In this document: positions 1 through 12,091 of the stretch, in pieces
How the letters are laid out: every line of letters starts with the position of its first letter
Position numbering within the stretch: position 1 is the first letter of the stretch
Assembly (NCBI GenBank): GCA_040954595.2
Contig: CM082598.2
Location: 5,781,097 to 5,845,096, forward strand
Length of the DNA: 64,000 nucleotides
Reading direction: 5' to 3'
Source of the DNA: Balanoglossus misakiensis
Lineage: Eukaryota > Animalia > Hemichordata
Program-made: the position numbers and the translations under genes
Notes under the pieces: generated by a model
Database searches by the model: none
Told to the model about the DNA's origin: nothing
The model's input: only the letters and a program-made list of their open reading frames with translations

Positions 1-210
1 CAAAAAATGTAGTCCACGAACATTTTGGGGTATGGGAATGCCATATTTCCATCAATGTCAGGAAAGAGTGACTATAGCTACAAAATTAGTGCATTAAATG
101 CGATGTATTATGCGCATCCGAACCGAACTTCCGGTGCTCTGAATCTGATTCTGAATCTGACTCAAATTGACTTCTTACTGTTGTTTCTGTGTGTATTGCG
201 TTACGACTAG

Positions 211-1040
211 ACCTCTACCTATGAAATTGAACCTCTTGATGGGATGGGATGAGTTCTCAACTTTTCCAATTGCTGTGTGGGGCGCTACACATTCTAAGAA
301 TGTCAACATAAGCGTGAACTCTATCTCCGCTTCTGACACTAGCGGTCCGGGTAAGTACAGTCTCGCGGCAGGGGTATAAAGTACATGTACTTTAGCTCTG
401 GACCCTGTCAAAATGAACACACGGCAGAAGTAGTCGCAAGCTATCCAGCCAGGTCAAAATGCCCAGAAATTAGTTGTCCATATTCAAGTTGTCAATGCCA
501 GGGGAGTGTGGTTTGACAATGCATATTTTTACATTCTGAAATTATGCAATAATGATGGTTGCTATCCTGAACGTGCTGAGAGATTTGTAGGGAATGTGTT
601 AAGAAAACGATCTCTTCCAATTTTTCCCATTAATGTATACAATCACCTTTAATTTACATTGTCCATATATGGTTGAAAGTACATGTCTAATTCACTCTAC
701 AAAAGTGTGTGATTGGCTAGATTACTCCTTTCCATGGCAACTGTGGCTTAATTTGCATAGGTGACCTTGTATCTGGTATATTTTAATTACAGGATTCCGC
801 AAACAGCCAGAATGTTTCATCCATGATGATTTATCTCCTGAAGAGATCAACAAATTTGGTGAAATCTTTGACAGAGCAAATGAAGAACTATTTGAATGCA
901 AAGACTGTGGTAAACGTTTCACCCATAGCGACGCTCTACAGAAACACATGTATTGTTTTCAAAAGAATTTGAGTGCCTCTTGCATTTTTGTTGTTACATG
1001 TATTATCATTACTGACATTGAATCAGTACTTGTAATTTAA
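211..1040 (+). CDS. Two putative coding exons (211-350 and 793-1040) of an uncharacterised zinc-finger protein; 5' end not seen
   Basis: Exon 211-350 is flanked by tag| and |gtaagt and ends in phase 1. It joins in frame to ttacag|GATTCC at 793, giving GFRKQPECF...FECKDCGKRFTHSDALQKHMYC, a C2H2/C2HC-type finger (F-x-C-x2-C-GKRF-x5-L-x2-H). Stop TAA at 1038-1040, unless a GT at 950 is used as a donor. Confidence 0.5.
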
Positions 1041-1522
1041 AACAGTTTATAACTTTTTTCAATTAATATTATTGACTGACAACTAGTAGTTTATTTGTCA
1101 TGAATGCCAGAATATATTTTTGTTTGACGTTTTTGGGGAAAAATTTAGAAATTTACAAACCTGGTAGTATTAACCCATTCATCAATATGGTTCAGTCCAA
1201 ATCCGTTGTTTTCTGCTTGGAGGTTGGACCTGCAAAGAGGGAACTGGGGGTCAAAGGGTGTAAATATATCATCTTAGTTTGAGTGAGCATGTTCTTGTAA
1301 ATTTCGAGTTGGGATTACAAAGTCTTTCACTCTGAATATTACTACAGTACTGTAACATTCATCAGCATTCCTAGACTACAATAATGAAATTGTATGTATT
1401 TTTGTACTTTGCTGTATATGTAAACATCCACACATTCTGTTGTGTATTGAAGTCCATAAAGGCATTGTTCACATAAAATATACACATTCTCAGATGTCAT
1501 TTTTCATGTTAAGGACACATTA

Positions 1523-2339
1523 GGGACCGTTCAGTTTTAACGGCCGGGGGGGGGGGGGCGGCAAAATCCAGGGGGGTCACTTAAATTTTGAAGTCCAAAA
1601 GAGGGGGGTCATCTGGGTTTTTTAAATGTTTAAGGGGGGTCACATACTTTTGCCACCGAACTTTTGTTTTTGAGTCCACAAAATTGCAGTTTCGTGCCCT
1701 TTATTTTACAAAATTTCCTAATGTGGGAGGGGGACACACCCACCCCCTCCATTCTTCACCACATTACATTTATTCGCTGGTTTGTCTAGTGTACAAGGGC
1801 AGACTTCTTGCCACCCCACCCCCGATGCTTACTTTGAGTGGAGTGGCAAAATTAAAATTTGTCCTGCCTAACATTGAGTTAATTTGCTTTTGAGTTCATT
1901 AAAATGCAACTTTGAGCACCGTATTTTACAAAATTTTCTTATGTGGGAGGGGCACACCCCCTCCCACGCCCACCACCGCCACTTATCTTGTTTTACCAAC
2001 TCTAGCAACTATTGCATTCACGTGTCATTTTAATTTGTTCCTAGATTTCTTTATTGCAACGATATACTATTATATACTTCAATTACTTTAAGAAATTTAT
2101 AATTTTATTGAGGTGTGAGGAGCCTCATTCCCTTTATTGCATACAGTGTACATAGGATCAGGACGGCGAATGTTTTCAGCAGGGGGGGGGGGGTCATCAT
2201 ATTTTTGGGTCTGTCAAAGGGGGGGGGGGGTCATCATTTTTTGGTCCTGGGTGAAGGGGGGGGGGTCGGCCTGATTTTGAGAACCGATGACACAAACTTG
2301 CCGCCCCCCCCCCCCCGGCCGTAAAAACTGAACATTTCC
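1523..2339. mobile_element. Harbinger/PIF-like MITE, family A, copy 1
   Basis: TIRs GGGACCGTTCAGTTTT / AAAACTGAACATTTCC, flanked by TTA on both sides; related copies at 29355-30762 and 51442-51651. Confidence 0.8.
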
Positions 2340-4789
2340 TTATATATTACACGGCTTGCAATGAACATTCGTACTTGGAGCCAGCTGACTCGGAGCTGTG
2401 AAGAGACAAAAACAAAACGTGGCGTTGAGGGCGCTATATAGTCGTGGTGTCATGGCGGGGCGATTTGAACTTCCAACTTCCATCGCTCGGATTGAATGGA
2501 GCGCTAAGCCCTCAGAATGGATTATTATTCATGAAATACTGGTTCCAAGTATTCTTCAGAGGTCCAGGTGCAAGTTTTATCATGAACAGTTCAAGTTTCT
2601 TGTGTATTTCTAGCGCAGGCAGCTGAAGTTGTCCAACGTCATGGGATTTTACACGATTGCGTCACAAGGTGTCATGGCGGACTTTATCTCCCTGACGAGA
2701 ATATTCGAGATGGATGTCGTCACTGAACACGAAGAAGAGTATACCATGATTTGTGTGCGCGTTTGAATCCAAATTTTAAGCTGGAGTCCCTCTGAAGATG
2801 TTACACAGTGTGCATGGAATATCGTTGTTCGACTTGAACGTTTCAGTGAGTATTATTTAATTAATTAAATTATCGTGTTTACAAAAAACATGCCGTGACG
2901 TAATTTGTGAAACTTTTGTGACCCCGGCCAGCATTGACGAAGGATTGAATTTTACACATGTTCATACATAGTAAGCGAAAAATTTGGTTTCAGATGCACT
3001 TTAGGCTTTTTATATCATAATAACGAGTTTTGTATGAACGTTTACGCATAGTTGCAAATGAAGTTGTCATTGCCAAAATATGCAAATTAGCTGGGAAAAA
3101 CCTAAATTTGGTCAAAACTCAGGAACTCAACAACCCCTGGTCAAATTGATTTGAAAATTGGTATGCATGTATCTTATGTCTACCTCAAACAGTCCTGTAT
3201 GTTTTGAGCTAATAGTGTGAATTTTCCTATTTCTTATGCATTTTTGGGGGGTCTTTTCCCACATTTTTGGTAAAAAATCTTCATTTCTGAAAGTGATAGA
3301 CCTACTTTTTTTGAAATTTAGTTTGAAGATTCCTGTACGTTGTCTGAGTAACCAAGGTTTTGTTCAAATTGTTTCAAAATTTGCATATTTATGATTTTTA
3401 GCAATTTTGCCATTTAGTGGGACTATTTTGTTTTAGTTTTGTAAATTTCTCCTAACACAACAGTTTAGTCTGTCAATATGCATTTTTCCACAGCAGAAAC
3501 AATGTGTGTTTGTGCAGTGGTGAATCTAGGATCAGAGATTTGAGGTCATTTTTGCCGGTGGTCTCCACTTTAAGGGCCTTTTGATAATGAGAGGGACATT
3601 TTTTCTGTTGCCATTATGACAATCATACTAGTATACAAAATAATCATAAAGTAAGGCAAAATTGAGAGTAAGAATTGCAGAGAATTCCATTGCAATTTTA
3701 GTCTGTACACTGCACTGCAACTACACTCCATGTAGTGTAGGAATAAAATTGTGCTATCTAATCTTTTTTCAGTGTGATCATGATTATCAATGATGATTTG
3801 TGAAGCATTTTCCAATATTTTACAGGTTGAGCTGCTGTTCTGAGTCAATGATCTGAGTTGCCTATTTGCATAAATTATGCTAAAATTCTAAAGAATAGCA
3901 CCCTTGATTAAAACACCAACTGTATCGTGGTAATGTTGAACTGTCTGTGATAACATTTCTGGACTTTTACAGAGGAGACTATTCACAATTGACCTTGTCT
4001 GAATCTATTCAAGTGTTTCTCAGCCTAGGAAGTTAACTTTCCTGATTAGAACTAGAGTAAATTTAGGATTATAATATAAGGTTCTGTAGTTATCTCATTT
4101 TTATATGTGGATGAGAACTGGCAACAGTTTTATAAACAACTGTATACAAATTTGAAGATGAAAACATATGAGTTCCTCTTACCCATGATTTCTATATTTT
4201 TTGAAAGTTTTGATTTTGTGCTCATAATTTTTTCAACTTTCTTAAATTGCAGGAGGAACTTTCCATGTGATCTAGCCGACAGGACTTGTGGGAAAAAGTT
4301 GAAGATTACAGAAATGGATGTACATTATTGCAGCCGATCTTTGAGCAGGGAAGTAAAATTTTTTATACTATGTACTTTATTGTTTTACTTGACAGCTTAA
4401 ATGGTGCTGAATTGGCAGATGGTGCAGAATTGCTCACTTTGTGCTAAGTAGTCAAATCACATTATAATAACTGCATTCTGGGTAAAAAGTCGACAACTCA
4501 TTGTAGTAAGATTGTAGTTTGTAGACTGTAGTTGAGGTAAGACAGAACATTTTAATCATGTGTGACATAAGTAATTCAATAATAAACAGGGCAGGTAGTA
4601 GGATCACATGTTAATTGCTGCTGAAATTATAATTTTGAGTGTTTGCAGGATAAGGTGCTATAAAGTTTCAAAATACATATTAAACAAACTTGTACAAAGG
4701 ATTAAATAAAAATTTGAACCTTGACAATGAAGTTAGTTAAATTATGTGCACAATAATGATTAGGATGATTGTATAATAAAAGAATAAAA

Positions 4790-4931
4790 GTAATAATGAT
4801 GATGACAATTTAATTGATATAACAAAAAAAGTTATGATGAATTGATGATAATAAAATAACTAATAATAATGATGACAATGATGATGCTGATGATGATAAT
4901 GATGATGGTGATGATGATGATGATGATGATT
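4790..4931. repeat. (GAT)n / (AAT)n low-complexity tract
   Basis: Visible gatgatgat and aataat runs. Confidence 0.85.
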
Positions 4932-5729
4932 AGTTCTTTATAACTGTGTTAGAAAGACACCAATAATAGTAGTTTCTGCAGAACATATGTCAATGTGGTA
5001 TTGTCTGGTTTTGGTGAATCTTCAGGATACTTTGAGACGCAATAGGTTGGAGAATGAATATGTCTTGAGTGGTATAGGTGGTTAATATTTGTTTCTTAGT
5101 GGTCTTAATTTACTCCAGAATAATGGGTGTAATGTTGTATCTGTTACTAGCGTTAGCTTTGGCATTGTGGTTGTAGTGGTATAAAATAACATAACAGAAT
5201 GAATAATGTTAGTAAAGGTTTAATTTAACCATAAATATACGTTACACAGAGATGTATTTTCATCTAAACAATCAGTCGCATTCATCTTAAATATTCGTCA
5301 GAATTGGTAGCCTAATGTTTATGCATAGTTGGCATTGCATACTTTGTGATTCTGTGTACAGAGTTTTGCAAAGCAAATGTGTTTGTACAAACCAGGGTAA
5401 AATGATCCTAGTACATAGAGCTGTTGGTGAAAATTTATGACTGGTATAGATAAATATCATTGATATGCCTGTTATTAAATGAACTAAATAAAGTTTTCTT
5501 TTTTTCTAGGAATGCACTTCATATGAATCCCTGTTGCCTAGTATCATTTTAATGTACAAATGTAGCAGCCATTTTACTTGACTTGTACAATATATATATA
5601 TATCATGTACCGGGTTCATGTGTTTCAGACAAAAGACATGCATACAAATTTAACTACAGTTACCATGGTAAATGGAGATCTGTACTGACTGGTACAGCAG
5701 TTTTAACTGTACCATAGCTGTGTTGAATA

Positions 5730-6322
5730 GAATAATGGTGGTGATAATAGTGATGACAATGATGGTGATAATGATGGTGAATCTGGTGGTACTGGTGATA
5801 CTGATTAAGATAATAATGGTGGTGATGGTGATGATGGTGATAATAATAATGGTGGTGATGGTGATGATGGTGATAATAATGGTGGTGATGGGGATAATGA
5901 TGGTGATAATAGTGGTGGTGATGGTGATACTGATGGTGATAATAGTGGTGGTGATGGTGATAATGATGGTGATGATGGTGATAATAATGGTAGTGATGGT
6001 GATACTGATGGTGATGATGGTGATACTGATGGTGATAATAATGGTTTAGATGGTGATAATAATGATGGTGATAATGATGGTGATGATGGTGATAATAATG
6101 GTGGTGATGGTGATAATGATGCCATGGTGATGATGGTGATAATAATGGTGGTGATGGTGATAATGATGGTGATGATGGTGATAATAATGGTAGTGATGGT
6201 GATACTGATGGTGATGATGGTGATACTGATGGTGATGGTGATAATAATGGTTTAGATGGTGATAATGATGGTTTAGATGGTGATAATAATGATGGTGATA
6301 ATGATGGTGATGCTGGTGATAC

Positions 6323-6380
<58 letters not shown>

Positions 6381-6420
6381 AATGTTGGTGATGGCGATAA
6401 TAATGATGATGGTGATACTT
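5730..6420. repeat. Compound (GGT/GAT/AAT)n trinucleotide repeat
   Basis: About 700 bp of ggtgatgatggtgataataat ending in pure (GAT)n; it explains the M/V/I-rich and S/P-rich ORFs here. Confidence 0.95.
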
Positions 6421-6714
6421 ATAGAAATAAAAATATCATACACACATGTAATGACACAAAGCAGTGTAAATGGGTGATCTGCTGGGTGCAGTCATGTTCT
6501 CAGGTGTATTTTATTAAAACTTGCACACATGTGGGTGTCCCCATTCTGACCTGGCCAGTCAGATTTGGGGATGTCATAACTGTGCACTCTCAAAACATGA
6601 CATACCGTATATATAACTATAAGTAACACGTAGAGTGTTGTTAAGTAAAAGTTTCTGATTTATCAAACTGTTTAATAATATTACTATATATGGAATTGGT
6701 TGTGTTAATAAGTA

Positions 6715-9700
6715 AAAAGTGTTTTGCAATTGTAAACAAACAACCAGTGTGAAACCAAGGTGTTCTTATTGATAATGATGGGGGAAGGGGGTGTAAGTGA
6801 TTGCAAATTTTTGTTTCAGGTACTGTAGCTTGATATGAAAACTTTGAACTAATCTGCAGTATTTAAATGCTGCACCATGATGTGTTTTATCATTAATAAT
6901 TTTACTATGCTTGTGTTATGAAGTGAACAGTGTTTCACAATCATAAACAAACAACCAGAGTGAAACCAAGGTATTCTAATTGGTAATGATCGGGGGAGGG
7001 GGGTGTTAGGGGTGGGGGGTGTCAGGGGTGGGGGGTGTAAGTGATTACAAATTTTTGTTTCAGGAACTGTAGCTTGATATGAAAACTTTGAACTAACCTG
7101 CAGTATTAAAATGCTGCACCATGATGTGTTTTATCTAATAATTAACTATGCTTGTGTTATTAAGTGAACAGTGTTTCACAATCGTAAACAAACAACCAGT
7201 GTGAAAACCAAGGTGTTCATAATGATCGGGGGAGGGGGGTGTCAGGGGTGGGGGGTGTCAGTGATTACAAATTTTTGTTTCAGGTACCGTACTGTAGCTT
7301 GATATGAAAACTTTGAACTAACCTGCAGTATTAAAATGCTGCACCATGATGTGTTTAATTTCATTAATAATTTTACTATGCTTGTGTTATTAAGTAAACA
7401 GTGTTTCACAATCGTAAACAAACAACCAGAGTGAAACCAAGGTATTCTAATCGGTAATGATCGGGGGAGGGGGGTGTCAGGTGTGGGGGGTGTCAGTGAT
7501 TACAATTTTTTGTTTCAGGTACTGTAGCTTGATATGAAAACTTTGAACTAACCTGCAGTATTAAAATGCTGCACCATGATGTGTTTAATTTCATTAATAA
7601 TTTTACTATGCTTGTGTTATTAAGTAAACAGTGTTTCACAATCGTAAACAAACAACCAGAGTGAAACCAAGGTGTTCTAATTGGTAATGATCGGGGGAGG
7701 GGGGTGTTAGGGGTGGGGGGTGTCAGTGATTACAAATTTTTGTTTCAGGTACTGTAGCTTGATATGAAAACTTTGAACTAACCTGCAGTATTGAAATGCT
7801 GCACCATGATGTGTTTAATTTCATTAATAATTTTAATATGCTTGTGTTATTAAGTAAACAGTGTTTCACAATCGTAAACAAACAACCAGAGTGAAACCAA
7901 GGTGTTCTAATTGGTAATGATCGGGGGAGGGGGGTGTTAGGGGTGGGGGGTGTCAGTGATTACAAATTTTTGTTTCAGGTACTGTAGCTTGATATGAAAA
8001 CTTTGAACTAACCTGCAGTATTAAAATGCTGCACCATGATGTGTTTAATTTCATTAATAATTTTACTATGCTTGTGTTATTAAGTAAACAGTGTTTCACA
8101 ATCGTAAACAAACAACCAGAGTGAAACCAAGGTGTTCTAATTGGTAATGATCGGGGGAGGGGGGTGTTAGGGGTGGGGGGTGTCAGTGATTACAAATTTT
8201 TGTTTCAGGTACTGTAGCTTGATATGAAAACTTTGAACTAATGTGCAGTATTAAAATGCTGCACCATGATATGTTTAATTTCATTAATAATTTTACTATG
8301 CTTGTGTTATTAAGTAAACAGTGTTTCACAATCGTAAACAAACAACCAGAGTGAAACCAAGGTGTTCTAATTGGTAATGATCGGGGGAGGGGGGTGTTAG
8401 GGGTGGGGGGTGTCAGTGATTACAAATTTTTGTTTCAGGTACTGTAGCTTGATATGAAAACTTTGAACTAACCTGCAGTATTAAAATGCTGCACCATGAT
8501 GTGTTTAATTTCATTAATAATTTTACTATGCTTGTGTTATTAAGTAAACAGTGTTTCACAATCGTAAACAAACAACCAGAGTGAAACCAAGGTGTTCTAA
8601 TTGGTAATGATCGGGGGAGGGGGGTGTTAGGGGTGGGGGGTGTCAGTGATTACAAATTTTTGTTTCAGGTACTGTAGCTTGATATGAAAACTTTGAACTA
8701 ATGTGCAGTATTAAAATGCTGCACCATGATATGTTTAATTTCATTAATAATTTTACTATGCTTGTGTTATTAAGTAAACAGTGTTTCACAATCGTAAACA
8801 AACAACCAGTGTGAAACCAAGGTATTCTAATTGGTAATGATCGGGGGTGGGGGGTGTAAGTGATTACAATTTTTTGTTTCAGGTACTGTAGCTTGATATG
8901 AAAACTTTGAACTAATGTGCAGTATTAAAATGCTACACCATGATGTGTTTAATTTCATTAATAATTTTACTATGCTTGTGTTATTAAGTAAACAGTGTTT
9001 CACAATCGTAAACAAACAACCAGTGTGAAACCAAGGTATTCTAATTGGTAATGATCGGGGGTGGGGGGTGTAAGTGATTACAATTTTTTGTTTCAGGTAC
9101 TGTAGCTAGATATGAAAACTTTGAACTAATCTGCAGTAATAAAATGCTGCACCATGATGTGTTTTATCATTAATAATTTTACTATGCTTGTGTTATTAAG
9201 TGAACAGTGTTTCACAATCGTAAACAAACAACCTGTGTGAACCAAGGTGTTCTAATTGGTAATGATCAGGGGAGGGGATTGTCAGGGGTGGGGGGTGTAA
9301 GTGATTACAATTTTTTGTGTCAGGTACTGTAGATTGATATGAAAACTTTAAACTAACCTGCAGTATTAAAATGCTGCACCATGATGTGTTTAATTTCATT
9401 AATAATTTTACTATGCTTGTGTTATTAAGTAAACAGTGTTTCACAATCGTAAACAAACAACCTGTGTGAAAACCAAGGTGTTCATAATGATGGGGGGAGG
9501 GGGTGTCAGGGGTGGGGGTGTAGTGATTACAAATTTTTGATTCAGGTACTGTAGCTTGATATGAAAACTTTGAACTAATCTGCAGTATTAAAATGCTGCA
9601 CCATGATGTGTTTAATTTCATTAATAATTTTACTATGCTTGTGTTATTAAGTAAACAGTGTTTCACAATCGTAAACAAACAACCAGAGTGAAACCAAGAT

Positions 9701-10926
9701 ATTCTAATTGGTAATGATCGGGGGTGGGGGGTGTTAGGGGTGGGGGGTGTAAGTGATTACAAATTTTTGTTTCAGGTACCGTAGCTAGATATGAAAACTT
9801 TGAACTAATCTGCAGTATTAAAATGCTGCACCATGATGTGTTTAATTTCATTAATAATTTTACTATGCTTGTGTTATTAAGTAAACAGTGTTTCACAATC
9901 GTAAACAAACAACCAGAGTGAAACCAAGGTATTCTAATTGGTAATGATTGGGGGAGGGGGGTGTTAGGGGTGGGGGGTGTCAGTGATTACAAATTTTGTT
10001 TCAGGTACTGTAGCTTGATATGAAAACTTTGAACTAACCTGCAGTATTAAAATGCTACACCATGATGTGTTTAATTTCATTAATAATTTTACTATGCTTG
10101 TGTTATTAAGTGAACAGTGTTTCACAATCGTAAACAAACAACCTGTGTGAACCAAGGTGTTCTAATTGGTAATGATTGAGGGTGGGGGGTGTCAGGGGTG
10201 GGGGGTGTCAGTGATTACAAATTTTGTTTCAGGTACTGTAGCTTGATATGAAAACTTTGAACTAATCTGCAGTATTAAAATGCTGCACCATGATGTGTTT
10301 AATTTCATTAATAATTTGACTATGCTTGTGTTATTAAGTGAACAGTGTTTCACAATCGTAAACAAACAACCTGTGTGAACCAAGTTGTTCTAATTGGTAA
10401 TGATTGAGGGTGGGGGGTGTCAGGGGTGGGGGGTGTCAGTGATTACAAATTTTTGTTTCAGGTAATGTAGCTTTATATGAAAACTTTGAACTAATCTGCA
10501 GTATTAAAATGGTGCACCATGATGTATTTAATTTCATTAATAATTTTACTATGCTTGTGTTATTAAGTAAACAGTGTTTCACAATCGTAAACAAACAAGC
10601 AACTTGTGAAACCAAGATGTTATAATTGGTAATGATTGAGGGTGGGGGGCGTCAGGGGTGGGGGGTGTAAGTGATTACAAATTTTTGTTTCAGGTACTGT
10701 AGCTTGATATGAAAACTTTGAACTAATCTGCAGTATTAAAATGCTGCACCATGATGTGTTTTATCATTAATAATTTTACTATGCTTGTGTTATTAATGAA
10801 CTGCGTTTCACAATCGTAAACAAACAACCAGTGTGAAAACCAAGGTGTTCATAATGATGGGGGGTGTAAGTGATCACAAATTTTTGTTTCAGGTACTGTA
10901 GCTTGATATGAAAACTTTGAACTAAC
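6715..10926. repeat. Tandem satellite array 1, unit about 230 bp, about 19 copies, each with G-tracts
   Basis: The marker tgtttcaggt recurs at 7511, 7741, 7971, 8201, 8431 and 8661 (exact 230-bp period); some units are shorter. Most units contain GGGGGAGGGGGGTGTYAGGGGTGGGGGG. Confidence 0.97.
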
Positions 10927-11439
10927 GTTTTTTCCAGACAGTGTTTGCATTGAACCGGTAATTGTGATCACATTTCATTCCACATTAAATGATATGATTA
11001 ACATTGCATTATATAAGTTATAACATTTATGTTCCAGATCTGTATTTAATTGTGTTTTAATACCATCCAGTCAGTTTCACCAACAGCTCATTGTCTTTCC
11101 CCCTTTTCATCAGTGAAGGGAGCACTCGTTTGTAAATTGGAAAACAATTTACGTAACATTTATAGGTTTGGCTGTTTTGGAAATTGCAGTAATTATAGTA
11201 AATGAACATTCAGAATTACTGGTGTCTAATGTCAGCTATGCGTAGAAAAATTACCATCTGAAATTTTAATATCATAATATTCTTAGACTTAAAAATTTAC
11301 ATACTGATAATAATAATCATTAAGAGTATAATACAATCACCTTAGCTAGATTAATAAATTATTGACTTTGTAGAAAGCTGTTGGTTGAAAGTTTCTGATT
11401 TTCATGGTTAATTCAAAATTTTGATTGTATTCCTTTTAT

Positions 11440-11526
11440 TGTTGGTGATGGTGGTGGCAGTTTTGATGTTAATTGTTATGGTGATGGCATTGATGGTTGT
11501 ACTGATGGTGATGGCGGTTGTGATGG

Positions 11527-11573
<47 letters not shown>

Positions 11574-11580
11574 GTGATAA
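11440..11580. repeat. (GAT)n / (GGT)n microsatellite
   Basis: Pure (GAT)n run at about 11527-11573 with degenerate flanks. Confidence 0.9.
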
Positions 11581-12091
11581 ATAACAAATGTGTTGTTTTC
11601 TCATTAACCCTCAGCCGTGGAACTTTAATATTCTGCTGAATTTGTATTGATTAGTAGGCGTAGCTTATAGTGATAATTTAGTACTCATGTCTGATGATTT
11701 TAGGGGATAACTACTGAAAAGTCCATTAATAATTTTGAAGTTTTTATCACTGTAGATTTCTTAAACCCACAACTAGGCATAAATTGTAATGGCAATTTTC
11801 CAGTAAGGAGCTAAAGCCAGTAAATGTACAGTTTAGCAATTATAATGTACATAATATATAGACAGGTGATAATTACAGGAATAATTTTAAATTTGTAGAA
11901 ATTTTAGTCCCCCATAATGGCTAGTTAACTAAGTACTGGTCCATGTTGCTCCCATAGAAATAGAAATATTTTCACATTTTGTGAGTCTACTGGATAAATA
12001 AATAAGTTTATCAGATTCTAAAGTTTTAGCTCTATGATATTAAATTAGTATTTACTATTTATTATTTGTTGCAGGTGTTGGGGATCGCTAG

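Noticed and set aside
5672-6477. Hydrophobic M/V/I-rich and S/P-rich ORFs
   Set aside because: Translations of a trinucleotide microsatellite.
7700-8640. TTAGGG hexamers as interstitial telomere
   Set aside because: One hexamer per 230-bp unit, often TCAGGG; not tandem.
8827-10383. Repeated minus-strand ORFs MFTIVKHCLLNN...
   Set aside because: Satellite-derived; broken by variable G-tract lengths and no domain signal.
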